64,000 nt of DNA from Verrucomicrobiia bacterium. GTDB taxonomy: Bacteria > Verrucomicrobiota > Verrucomicrobiia > JADLBR01. A program made the position numbers and the translations under genes. This document shows positions 8,828 through 18,094 of the stretch, one piece after another (position 1 is the first letter of the stretch; the number at the start of each line of letters is the position of its first letter). The stretch covers positions 73,775 through 137,774 of the forward strand of contig JAPKHT010000001.1 in NCBI GenBank assembly GCA_026646655.1, given 5' to 3'. Under the pieces are notes generated by a model. The model saw only the letters and a program-made list of their open reading frames with translations. It did not search any database and was not told the origin of the DNA.

Positions 8828-11404
8828 ATGAAACCCACCCTCACATTTCTCACCGCTCTGCCTCTGGCTGTCACGCTCGCTGCCGCCGCCGATTCCGACG
8901 TGCCGTTCGCGCAGATCGCGCGGCCTCAGCCGCGCGCCAGCGGCGCACCGAAAGCTTCAGACGTTTGTTTTTCGACGCGCTGGCCGCGACCGATGAATCC
9001 CTCGGACAAGTGGGATTCGTTCGAGGCCGCCCGCCACTTCCATGCGACGCGGCTGGACTGGCTCTACTTGTCAGGGAAACCGGACCGCGACAAGTCCTTC
9101 GTCGCGAAGTTCAAGGCCGCGGGGTATGTGGTCGGGGGCACGCTAAACTGCCAGCCGACGGACTCGCCGACTGCCGCGAAACGCGCGTTCACCATTGCGC
9201 GCACGGTGGACATGAAGGGCGAGCCGCTGAAGGATCCGTGGACAAGGAAATACGGCGGGCGGTTCTGTTGCCCGAACAACCCCGGCTACGCGGAGCTTCT
9301 TCTCGACCACGCCCGTTACGCGCTCGACGCCGGCGTAGACTATTTCCAGATGGACGGCGTCCAGCTCAACGACGTCATGGTGCGCTACGGCGGCTGTTTC
9401 TGCGCGCACTGCGTGAAGGGCTTTCGTGAGTATGTCGCCGTGCACTCGACGCGCGGCCAGCACACCGAGTGGGGCATCAGCGACCCGACCTCGTTCGACT
9501 ACGCGCGTTTCCTGCTCGATCGGGGCACGGCGCCAGACGCCGCCATCAGCGCGTGGAAGGGGCCGAGGGAACTGCGCGATCTGTTCCGCGCGTTCCAGAT
9601 CGAGTCGGGACTCGGCTTCCTTCGCGAGATGCACCGGGCGATTGACCGCATCGCCGGGCGCAAGCTCGCCTACTCGTGCAACGCGTCGAATGAGTTCCTG
9701 ACGGACTATTGCAAAGTCCACGACTTCGCGTTCAACGAAACCTATCCCGCAAAGGAGGGCGACCCCGCGTTCCTCTACGAGCAGCGCCTGAAACCGGCGC
9801 AGAAGCTGGGCAAGACGTTCCTGATGACATTCGTGTCGGACGACGTGCCGCACAACCGCCGCTTCATCGCGTCGGCCTACGCGCTCGGCGCCAATGTCGT
9901 CGTGCCGTGGGACGTCTTCACGGGACTGGACTCGCCGCGCTTCTTCGGAACGCCGGAGCAATTCAGCGATCTGTTCGGGTTCGTGCGGGCCAACGCCGCG
10001 CTGCTCGACGGCTACGAGGACGCGGGCGTGTTTGGTGGGGGAATCCGCGATCCGCGGTTTGCGGAGAACGAACCGCCGCTCCAGGTCTATGCCGCGTCGG
10101 AGGTGCTTGCCGCCGTCCGCGCAAGGCCGGGCCAAGCCGACGCGCCGGTGGTCATCCATCTCGTGGGCGCGAAGAACAACCAGACCGGCCCGATGCGCGT
10201 GACCTTCGATCCGCGGCGATTCTTCGGCGGACGCCCGTTGAAGTTGCGCTTCCTCGCGCCTACGCCCTACGACGCCGCCGCGCACGAGAAAGCCGAATTG
10301 TCGCGCGACTTCGCGCCGCTCACCACAGCCACGGAACTGCCCGGCGGGCGCGTCTGCGTCGCCGAATTGCCCGGAGTTGACCCGTGGGGCATTCTTGTCA
10401 TCGAACCCGCCGGCGACAAGGCGACGACTCCGTGGCAGCCCGCCGTCTGGTGCGATGAACGGAGCCGCTTTGGCGAGACCCTGCAAGTGCGGCTCGGTTG
10501 CCCGACGTCCGATACGCAGATCCGCTACACGCTCGACGGCTCCGAGCCTTCAAAGACCGCCCCACTCTACCATAAACCGTTTCAGTTCAATGGCTCGACG
10601 ACGCTCAAGGCGATAGCCTTTGGCGCGGACGGCGCGGCCAGCCCGGTGCTTTCCGCCCGATTCGAGCGTGCCGAGGCCCGTCCCCGGCTTGCGCCCGATG
10701 CCGATGCTCTCAAGGCGAATCTCAAACTGTGGCTAAGCGCCGCCACCCTCGCCACGACGCTCAAGGACGGCGCCCCCGTCTCGAAGTGGCCCGCCGTCGT
10801 GGGACCGGCCGCCACCGTTCCGGCGCTCAAACTTCTCACCGGCGCAACCCCCGCTGCCCCGACGTTTGGGGCCACGCTCATCAACGGCCGACCGGGCGTC
10901 CGGTTCGATGGCGTGGACGACCAGTTGGAGGTCGCCGGTTTCGCGAACGCCTGTCTCGCGGGTAAGCCATTTACGGTGTTCCTCGTCACGCAGTCCGACG
11001 ACACACAGTTCGGCGTCTGCGGCAACGCCGCCAACGGCTCCGGCGGCATCCCGCGCCTGTATCTGACGCGCGGCGCGTTTAACTACGACCGAATTGCCGA
11101 CTCCGTTGCCGTGGGGGCAAGCCCCGGCGTTGCGGCCGTCACCGTTTACCGGCACGACGGCGTCAGAACCGCCTCCGCGCGCAGTGGCGGACGCGACACA
11201 GGAAAGCGCGACGACCTGCCCGTGGTCAAACAATTCGGCGGCGGCAACCTCGCCATTCCCCTCTGGAGCGGCCTTACCAACCACGCCGGCAACCTCGGCG
11301 AGATCATCGCCTACGACCGCCAGTTCACCGCCGCCGAAGTCGAGGCCATCGAGGAAGACCTCGCTCAACGCTACGGCATCGCCGCCCATCCGCGCTGGCG
11401 ATGA
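8828..11404 (+). CDS. secreted multidomain protein (858 aa): N-terminal glycosidase-like region, chitobiase/beta-hexosaminidase C-terminal-like domain, LamG-like domain
   Basis: Signal peptide MKPTLTFLTALPLAVTLAAA; CHB_HEX_C-like segment (QVRLGCPTSDTQIRYTLDGSEPSKTAPLYHKPFQFNGSTTLKAIAF); C-terminal concanavalin/LamG-like segment; ends TGA inside ATGA at 11401-11404. Confidence 0.7.
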   Translation: MKPTLTFLTALPLAVTLAAAADSDVPFAQIARPQPRASGAPKASDVCFSTRWPRPMNPSDKWDSFEAARHFHATRLDWLYLSGKPDRDKSFVAKFKAAGYVVGGTLNCQPTDSPTAAKRAFTIARTVDMKGEPLKDPWTRKYGGRFCCPNNPGYAELLLDHARYALDAGVDYFQMDGVQLNDVMVRYGGCFCAHCVKGFREYVAVHSTRGQHTEWGISDPTSFDYARFLLDRGTAPDAAISAWKGPRELRDLFRAFQIESGLGFLREMHRAIDRIAGRKLAYSCNASNEFLTDYCKVHDFAFNETYPAKEGDPAFLYEQRLKPAQKLGKTFLMTFVSDDVPHNRRFIASAYALGANVVVPWDVFTGLDSPRFFGTPEQFSDLFGFVRANAALLDGYEDAGVFGGGIRDPRFAENEPPLQVYAASEVLAAVRARPGQADAPVVIHLVGAKNNQTGPMRVTFDPRRFFGGRPLKLRFLAPTPYDAAAHEKAELSRDFAPLTTATELPGGRVCVAELPGVDPWGILVIEPAGDKATTPWQPAVWCDERSRFGETLQVRLGCPTSDTQIRYTLDGSEPSKTAPLYHKPFQFNGSTTLKAIAFGADGAASPVLSARFERAEARPRLAPDADALKANLKLWLSAATLATTLKDGAPVSKWPAVVGPAATVPALKLLTGATPAAPTFGATLINGRPGVRFDGVDDQLEVAGFANACLAGKPFTVFLVTQSDDTQFGVCGNAANGSGGIPRLYLTRGAFNYDRIADSVAVGASPGVAAVTVYRHDGVRTASARSGGRDTGKRDDLPVVKQFGGGNLAIPLWSGLTNHAGNLGEIIAYDRQFTAAEVEAIEEDLAQRYGIAAHPRWR

Positions 11405-11451
11405 CAGATGGCAGGGTTCCCCTCGGCCGCCCAACAGATGACAACACTAAC

Positions 11452-12798
11452 ATGAAACCCGCCCTCGCTCTCCTCACCACCCTGCTGCTGGCCGCGCCGC
11501 TGGCCGGGCCGCATGCCGCCGATGCGCCGAAGCCCAACATCATCTACATCCTCGCGGACGATTTTGGCCTGCCCGACATCGGCTGCTATGGTTCGGTTTA
11601 CAAGACACCGCATCTCGATGCGCTGGCCGCGGGCGGCACGCGCTTCGAGTATTGTTTCGCGGCGCCGCTGTGCGCTCCGACGCGGGCGATGGGCATGTTC
11701 GGCCGCTACGGTTTTCGCACGGGCGTGACCGACAACGGCCTGGGCGCCGCCGCCACGCCGCAGGGCGAGGTGTGCATCGCCAAGGTGCTCAAGCGGGCCG
11801 GGTATGCCACGGCCGTGGCCGGGAAGTGGTCGGACTTGGAATACCTCGTCACGCCGGAGGACGCCGCGAAGTGGGGTTACGACAAGTTCATGATCTGGGG
11901 CGAGAAGTGGGAAGAAGACGGCGGACAGACCGGACGGGCACGGTATTGGGGACCGGACTACAACCACAACGGCAAGATCCTAAGCGGCGACAAAGAGACA
12001 TTCGGCCCCGACCTGCTGCACGATTTCGTCGTGGATTTCATCCGCCTCCACCAGGGGGGGCCATTCTTCATTTATTATCCCACGCCGCTGATCCATTACA
12101 AACTGCAGCGCACGCCCGACAGTGTCGGGAAGAAACCCGACCTTCACGCCGACAACATCGCCTATCTGGACAAGCTCGTTGGCAAGCTCGTCGCCGAACT
12201 CGACAGCTTGGGGCTTCGCGACAAGACGCTCATCGTGTTCGTCGGCGACAACGGCTCCACCAAAGGGGCGCATACCGTCCATGGCCGCCCGATTCACGGT
12301 AAAAAGGGAGAACTCAACGAAGGCGGCTGCCGCGTGCCCCTGATCGTCAATTGGCCCGGAACGACACCCGCCGGAAAAGTCTCCGGGGACCTGGTGAGCA
12401 TCACCGATTTCTTCCCAACCTTCACCGAGTTGGCGGGGGCCACCCTGCCTTCCGGCGTGACGATCGACGGTCACAGCTTCGCCCCGCAAGCACTGGGCCG
12501 TACCGGTCGGCCGCGCGAATGGGTCTATGTGCAGTTGCGGGGCGACTGCTACGTGCGTGACGCCCGATGGAAGCTCACCAACGCGGGAGGCTTCTTCGAC
12601 ATGAGGGACGCCCCCTGGCAGGAGATTCCTGTTTCCGCCGACACGTCCGACCCCGAAGCCAAGGCCGCCCGCGCCAGGCTGCAGACGGCACTCGACGGCA
12701 TGTTGGGGCAGGATCCCAACAAGGAACCCACGGTCAAACCAGGCACCCAGCCGGCGAGCGAGGAACCGGCCAAGAAAAGGAAAGAGAAAGCGCAATGA
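11452..12798 (+). CDS. S1-family sulfatase (arylsulfatase-like)
   Basis: Signal peptide MKPALALLTTLLLAAPLAGPHA; IIYILADDFG; formylglycine motif C-A-P-T-R (PLCAPTRA); GDNGS, EGGCRVPLIVNWPG; the ORF-track start at 11401 precedes the conserved signal-peptide ATG. Confidence 0.85.
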   Translation: MKPALALLTTLLLAAPLAGPHAADAPKPNIIYILADDFGLPDIGCYGSVYKTPHLDALAAGGTRFEYCFAAPLCAPTRAMGMFGRYGFRTGVTDNGLGAAATPQGEVCIAKVLKRAGYATAVAGKWSDLEYLVTPEDAAKWGYDKFMIWGEKWEEDGGQTGRARYWGPDYNHNGKILSGDKETFGPDLLHDFVVDFIRLHQGGPFFIYYPTPLIHYKLQRTPDSVGKKPDLHADNIAYLDKLVGKLVAELDSLGLRDKTLIVFVGDNGSTKGAHTVHGRPIHGKKGELNEGGCRVPLIVNWPGTTPAGKVSGDLVSITDFFPTFTELAGATLPSGVTIDGHSFAPQALGRTGRPREWVYVQLRGDCYVRDARWKLTNAGGFFDMRDAPWQEIPVSADTSDPEAKAARARLQTALDGMLGQDPNKEPTVKPGTQPASEEPAKKRKEKAQ

Positions 12799-14141
12799 AG
12801 CCCACCCTCACCCTCCTCGCCGCGCTGCTGCTCGCGCCGCTGGCCGCGTCGCACGCTGCGGATGCGGCAACGTCCGGGGATGAATGGCTCCGCCTGACTG
12901 CGGAGAGCCGGACGCTGCTCCAGCGCGACCCGAGTCTCCTGACGCTCGAACCGGTGCGGTTGCCATGCGGGCGGCATCTGCTCGGTGCCAACGATCATCT
13001 GGGGTGGCCGGTGGCTACGCTCTCGGGCCAGGCCATCGTGGTGGTGTTCCATCGCAAGCCCCAGCATTGGAGTGGCAAGGACGAGCCGGACGCCCACACG
13101 TCCACCGCCGTGGTCAGTCGGTCGACCGATGGTGGAGAATCGTGGTCGGAGCCGGTCGACCTGCGGCAGTTCGTGCTGACGCCTACCAAAGGTTGCCGGC
13201 TCGGCTTTGGCAACACCATCGGCACGGATGCGGGCGGTGCGGTGGTGGTGGTCACTGGCTACGGCGTGTTTCGCTCCGAGGATGAGGGCGCGAGCTGGCA
13301 GCACCTGCCGGGGGCCTTCGGCGAGGACCAGCTCAAGGGTCCAAAGACGAACAACGGTCCGAGGTTGGCGCTTCATCCGGAATACGGTCTGGTTGCACCG
13401 GGTCACAAAACGAGCGAGGGAATCGTCCCTAGGCGACGCAACCCTGACGGCACACCCTATATCGCTCCCGAGCTCTGGGTGCGATGGTCGAAGGATGGCG
13501 GGCGGACGTGGCAGGAGACGAAACAGGATTTGCCGGCATTTGCCACGGCCATCGAGCCCAGCGCGCTGTCGCATGACGGCGCCCTGTTCATCGTCGCGCG
13601 CTGCCACGGACCGGAGAGCTACGAGCCAGCGACCAAGACGTGGCGCTACGTGCAACTCTGGTCCGCCACCGGCTGGCTGCCGTTCCAGGCGGCGTTGACG
13701 GACATCCGCGCCTCCGATGTGCGCGATCGCAGTCGTGGCAATTACCACGGCCCGTGGACGCAGGACACGGTGGATTTGAGCTTCAACCCCGTGAGCCGCC
13801 GCATCGAGTGCGTCGCCACCGACCGCAATGGCGACGCTGGGGCGGGCGCGAACAACCTGCGGGACTGCCAGACTCTCAATCTCTGGAGCATCGACCCCGC
13901 AGCCTTTCGGCGTGGGGAAATCCAGTGGCGTTTCGAAGGCACGCTGATGAAAAGGAGCGGCCTGATGGCCAAGGGCGAGATCGACGGCATGCACCCGGGC
14001 GCCGCCGTGATCGACACGACCGCCGGGGTCCAGCACATCTTCATCTACGCGGGAGCGCCCGCAGGACCAGCCGGGATATTCCGTCTCACCCGGACGCTCG
14101 ATACCGACCGGCTCCGAACACCCCTGCACCAATCCCAATGA
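12795..14141 (+). CDS. BNR/Asp-box repeat protein (sialidase-like beta-propeller), secreted
   Basis: Signal peptide MKPTLTLLAALLLAPLAASHA; Asp-boxes SRSTDGGESWS, SEDEGASWQ, SKDGGRTWQ; ATGA overlaps at both ends (12795-12798, 14138-14141). Confidence 0.75.
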   Translation: MKPTLTLLAALLLAPLAASHAADAATSGDEWLRLTAESRTLLQRDPSLLTLEPVRLPCGRHLLGANDHLGWPVATLSGQAIVVVFHRKPQHWSGKDEPDAHTSTAVVSRSTDGGESWSEPVDLRQFVLTPTKGCRLGFGNTIGTDAGGAVVVVTGYGVFRSEDEGASWQHLPGAFGEDQLKGPKTNNGPRLALHPEYGLVAPGHKTSEGIVPRRRNPDGTPYIAPELWVRWSKDGGRTWQETKQDLPAFATAIEPSALSHDGALFIVARCHGPESYEPATKTWRYVQLWSATGWLPFQAALTDIRASDVRDRSRGNYHGPWTQDTVDLSFNPVSRRIECVATDRNGDAGAGANNLRDCQTLNLWSIDPAAFRRGEIQWRFEGTLMKRSGLMAKGEIDGMHPGAAVIDTTAGVQHIFIYAGAPAGPAGIFRLTRTLDTDRLRTPLHQSQ

Positions 14142-16201
14142 AACACACCCTCACCCTCCTCACCGCCCTGCTGCTCGCGCCGCTGGCCGCGCTGCGCTCC
14201 GCCGTTCCCTCGGCCGATGAGCACTCGGTCGCAAAGCGGTGGATGCAGGACAATCTGCTCGGGGAGGGCGGGGGTGAGCCATTCAGTTTCGCCGTGGGTG
14301 GAAGGCCGTCTGGCGGATTGTTCGATGGATGGAAGTTGAGCCGGGGGGAGCGCGAGTTGGGTGAGCGGCGCCGCGAACACACGCTCACGTGGGTGGATGA
14401 TGTGACGGGGTTGCACGTGCGCTGCGCCGCGGTGGCGTATGCCGACTTCCCTGTCGTGGAGTGGACCCTGTGGCTCAAGAACACCGGCCACGAAAACACG
14501 CCGGTCCTTGAAGCCATCCAAGGGCTCGACGCGGACTTCGATCGCGAGGAGGGGGGCGAGTTTGTGCTGCACGGCGTGCGTGGTGATTCCTGCCTGCCGG
14601 AGAGCTTTCGCCCGTATGCGCTCACGCTGGGGCCGGGCACGGTGAAGCGGTGTTCGCCGCCGGTCGCGGGTGAGAAGGTGTCGGGCAAATCGTCGGATGG
14701 GCCGGATGGCTGGCCTTACTTCAATCTGCAAAGGCCCGGCGGCGGCGTGATTCTTGCGGTCGGTTGGCCCGGGCAGTGGGAGGCGACGTTTGCGCGCGAT
14801 CAGGAACATGGCCTGCGCGTGAAAGCGGGCCAGCAGCTCACGCATCTCGCGCTTCGGCCGGGCGAGGAGATCCGCACGCCCTCGATCACGTTGCTGTTCT
14901 GGAAGGGCGAGGACGTGGTGCGCGCGCAAAACCTCTGGCGCTCGTGGTACGTGGCACACGTGCTGCCGCGGGTCGGCGACGAGCCACAGCCGCCCATCAC
15001 GCAGATCCAGGTAAATGGCTCGTTGGCGTCATGGCCTGGGGTACAGGCGTATCTCGACGCCGGCATCAAGCCGGACATCTGCTGGCGCGACGCGGGGGGC
15101 GCCAACACCTGGTATCCCAGCGCGGGCGGCCCATTCACCGATCCGAAAAAAATCTGGCTGAATACCGGCACGTGGCAAATCGATCCCGCGAAATACCCGC
15201 AGGGCTTCAGGCCATTCAGCGACAGGGTGCGCGCGCACGGCATGCAGTTCTTGCTGTGGTTCGAGCCCGAGCGCGTGGGCGATCCGAATTCCTGGCTGGG
15301 CAAAAACCATCCCGAGTGGCTCCTGCCCGGCAACAGCGTCGGCTCCGTGCTCAACCTGGGCGATCCCGCCGCGCTGAAATGGCTCATCGGGCACATCGAC
15401 GGCATGGTGAAATTGCAGGGACTCGACTGGTATCGAGAGGACCTGAACGGCGGGAACTACGGCACCGCATGGCGGAATCACGACGCACCCGACCGCCAGG
15501 GCATCACCGAGAACCTCCACGTGCAGGGCCACCTCGCGTTCTGGGACGAGCTGCGCCGCCGCAACCCGCATATGCGCATCGATTCTTGCGCCTCCGGCGG
15601 GCGGCGCAACGATCTCGAAACGATGCGCCGCGCGGTGCCGCTATTGCGCAGCGACTGGTCGGTGACGGCCTTCGCGAAGGAGCCATTGCAGCTCGAGGGA
15701 AATCAGGCGCAAACCTACGGACTCTCTTCATGGCTGCCGTGGCAGGGCGCGGGCGTGCCATTCTTCACGGATCGCTACGCCGTGCGCAGCTACTGCGTCA
15801 CCGGCTTTGGAATGATCTCGGCGGGGGACTGGACCAAGGACGAGGGGAAGCGCGACGGGACGATTCGCGGCTACACCGAGATCCGGCGCATCGGCCCGCT
15901 GCTGCTCGGCGACTACTACCCGCTCACGCCCTACAGCCTAGACACGACCTCGTGGATCGCGTGGCAGTTCCACCGCGCCGATTTGAACGAGGGCGTCGTG
16001 CAGGCCTTCCGCCGTCCGGAGGCAGCGAACGAAACCCTCACCGTTCGGCTGCGCGGCCTCGACCCGAAGCAGCGCTACGAGATCGAGGATCTCGACGGCG
16101 GCAAAGAAGTCCGCGCCGGAGAGGAGCTCATGCATGGCCTCGCCATCACGCTGCGCGAGAAGCCCGCCGCCGCCGTGCTTATCCTGAAAGCGATCCCGTG
16201 A
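14138..16201 (+). CDS. GH36-like alpha-galactosidase family glycoside hydrolase
   Basis: Signal peptide MKHTLTLLTALLLAPLAALRS; GH36 signatures LLWFEPERVGDPNSWLGKNHPEWLL (cf. GLWxEPEMV...HPDWVL), DWYREDLNG (KWDxN-like), IDSCASGGRRND (CxSGGGR motif), RSDW (W-x-SD). Confidence 0.72.
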   Translation: MKHTLTLLTALLLAPLAALRSAVPSADEHSVAKRWMQDNLLGEGGGEPFSFAVGGRPSGGLFDGWKLSRGERELGERRREHTLTWVDDVTGLHVRCAAVAYADFPVVEWTLWLKNTGHENTPVLEAIQGLDADFDREEGGEFVLHGVRGDSCLPESFRPYALTLGPGTVKRCSPPVAGEKVSGKSSDGPDGWPYFNLQRPGGGVILAVGWPGQWEATFARDQEHGLRVKAGQQLTHLALRPGEEIRTPSITLLFWKGEDVVRAQNLWRSWYVAHVLPRVGDEPQPPITQIQVNGSLASWPGVQAYLDAGIKPDICWRDAGGANTWYPSAGGPFTDPKKIWLNTGTWQIDPAKYPQGFRPFSDRVRAHGMQFLLWFEPERVGDPNSWLGKNHPEWLLPGNSVGSVLNLGDPAALKWLIGHIDGMVKLQGLDWYREDLNGGNYGTAWRNHDAPDRQGITENLHVQGHLAFWDELRRRNPHMRIDSCASGGRRNDLETMRRAVPLLRSDWSVTAFAKEPLQLEGNQAQTYGLSSWLPWQGAGVPFFTDRYAVRSYCVTGFGMISAGDWTKDEGKRDGTIRGYTEIRRIGPLLLGDYYPLTPYSLDTTSWIAWQFHRADLNEGVVQAFRRPEAANETLTVRLRGLDPKQRYEIEDLDGGKEVRAGEELMHGLAITLREKPAAAVLILKAIP

Positions 16202-16400
16202 AGGGATTGCAGAGAGACACTCCGGTGTCCGCAAAGTCCTCGACGTTTCGGGTCACCAGGGTCAATCCGTGGACGATTTCCATCAGGCTAACCACACTGA
16301 CGAAGCACGCCGCGGCCGAGACGCCCGACTGCCACTTCGCCACACTGGGGTGGCAGCGTTTCCTCTTCCGCGATTCGGAAGGCACGTTGGTTTCCAGCAA
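16179..16400 (-). pseudogene. VapC (PIN-domain toxin) C-terminal fragment
   Basis: C-terminal ~36 aa of the minus-strand ORF read EIVHGLTLVTRNVEDFADTGVSLCNPF, the characteristic VapC C-terminus (TLVTRN..DF......NPF); the upstream part has no PIN features and no cognate VapB; lies between convergent genes. Confidence 0.4.
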
Positions 16401-16414
16401 GTAGGCAGGGCTCG

Positions 16415-18079
16415 TTACGGCGCGATGCCTTCTGGAACGAGTGCGGTGGATTCGTAGAGGATCACGCCGCCTCGGCGCACGATCTCGCGTTGAACGGATT
16501 TCACATCCACGTCGCGAACGGTGGCGCCGGCAGCCTGTGCTTTGGAGGCTGCGATGCCACAGGCTTCACCGAGGGCCATGAAGACCGGCTCCATCCGAAT
16601 CGTTTGATAACCGACGTGGCTGGCGCTGCACGCTACCGGCACCAGCAGGCCGTCCACACACTTCGGCACGAGGATGCGATACGGGAGCTGCAAGGGCTGG
16701 TGCTCGATGAAGATGTAACCTTCGCGGACGCCGGGATGCGCGGGGTCGTATTTGTGGACTCCGTGGGAATCGAATCCGAACTCGGCGACGGCGATGCCGT
16801 CGGGCTTGCGCCGCGGCAGGCCGGTGGCCCTATCGAGTGCCGCGTCCCGCTGGGTGAAGTTATACTCGCCCCAGATGCGCCGACCCTGGCGGACGTAGAT
16901 GTGATGCGGGCGGTGGCGGTTGTCGGCGAACTCGTCTTTCGGGAAGCCATATTGCCGCGCCTCCTCCCGGATGGCCTGTGGCACCTCGGGGTCATTTTGC
17001 AGCAGCCACAGGTAGCCTTCGCTGTGAGCCCAGTAGCGCTGGAAGATGCGCTCGCGTTCGGCGGCGTCGGCCTCCGGCCATTTCCAGTTTTCCTCCGCGA
17101 GATCGAACGACTCGCTGGGCACGCCGGTGTCTCCTGCCGGATGCGCGTTGTTGAGTTCATACTTCCCGTTCGGCATGGGAAAAAAGTGCATGAGCTGCCT
17201 CAGATCCGTGGCCCTGCCGGAGCGCATGTCGTCGAGCATGGCGCGGTAGTCGTCGCGGTTGAATGCCGCGGGCTTCTCCACGGGCACGGCATTGGCGAGG
17301 TCTTTGGTGACGTGGATCCGGAAGCAGAAGGCCTGGATGCCATCGTCCGCCTCGCCGGTGGAGCCGGGCAGTGGATTGACGTCCTTGAAACGAAGATAAA
17401 TCTTGCCCGCGTGAGCCTCGCCAAACGTCTCGCGGCTCTCTCTGCCGACGCGATACGGCACGCCCGCCAGCGCCGCGAGATCGCCCTCGTAAGTGGCGTC
17501 TACGAAGGTCCTCGCCCGGAACTCCACGCGCGTTCCCGGCTGGGCCAAATCTTCGGCGCTGATGCTGACGAGATTCACCGTGGGGCCGAAGTCCTGTGGC
17601 TGGGCGCCATCCCTCCGCTGGCCCCGGTCCGCCTCGCGCTCGACGCCATCCGCCCCCACGACCCGCGCGGACACCGCGCGATGCCATTCGATGAGCCGGA
17701 TCTTCTTTTCCCCCGCCAGCATGTCGCGAAACACCCTCTCGGCGACCTTCGGCTCGAACATGTGCCCGCCCTGGCAGGCCTTCACCTGCGCGGAGTTCTC
17801 GCCGTAGGTCTTCACATAGTGCTCGCGCACCCGCTTGACAAACTCGGCGAACAGCCCGCCGACGGCCGCCCTTTTCTGGATGTCGGTATTCGTCAACCCG
17901 CCCGCCACGATGCCGCCCACATGGTTCTTTTCTTCCAGAAGAATCACGCTCGCCCCCGAGCGCGCCGCCGCGACGGCGGCGGCGATACCGCCGGGGGTAG
18001 CGCCCACGACGACGACATCCGCCTGCTCGGCAGCGAACGCGGTGGAGATGGTGAGAACGAAAGTAAGGAGTGATTTCAT
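16415..18079 (-). CDS. FAD-dependent oxidoreductase (FAD_oxidored family), secreted
   Basis: Signal peptide then Rossmann dinucleotide motif DVVVVGATPGGIAAAVAAARSGASVILLEEKNHVGG; a second copy of this family lies at the window end. Confidence 0.8.
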   Translation of the reverse strand: MKSLLTFVLTISTAFAAEQADVVVVGATPGGIAAAVAAARSGASVILLEEKNHVGGIVAGGLTNTDIQKRAAVGGLFAEFVKRVREHYVKTYGENSAQVKACQGGHMFEPKVAERVFRDMLAGEKKIRLIEWHRAVSARVVGADGVEREADRGQRRDGAQPQDFGPTVNLVSISAEDLAQPGTRVEFRARTFVDATYEGDLAALAGVPYRVGRESRETFGEAHAGKIYLRFKDVNPLPGSTGEADDGIQAFCFRIHVTKDLANAVPVEKPAAFNRDDYRAMLDDMRSGRATDLRQLMHFFPMPNGKYELNNAHPAGDTGVPSESFDLAEENWKWPEADAAERERIFQRYWAHSEGYLWLLQNDPEVPQAIREEARQYGFPKDEFADNRHRPHHIYVRQGRRIWGEYNFTQRDAALDRATGLPRRKPDGIAVAEFGFDSHGVHKYDPAHPGVREGYIFIEHQPLQLPYRILVPKCVDGLLVPVACSASHVGYQTIRMEPVFMALGEACGIAASKAQAAGATVRDVDVKSVQREIVRRGGVILYESTALVPEGIAP

Positions 18080-18094
18080 AAGGTTCCGGTTTTG

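Noticed and set aside
9143-10486. Many long ORFs antisense to the annotated genes (e.g. 9143..10486-, 12549..14138-, 19543..21228+, 24917..26137-, 26134..28128-, 30676..31926-, 32687..34072-, 37551..38945-, 40030..41454-, 48689..50671-, 52701..53990-, 60665..62287-, 62459..64000-)
   Set aside because: Typical stop-codon-poor antisense frames of ~65% GC DNA. Their translations are Arg/Ala/Pro/Gly-rich with no motifs, whereas the opposite strand carries clear sulfatase/GH signatures and signal peptides.
11401-12798. Start of sulfatase at 11401 (ATG overlapping upstream stop)
   Set aside because: The conserved signal-peptide cassette begins at ATG 11452. The 17 extra N-terminal residues are atypical. 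Either start remains possible.
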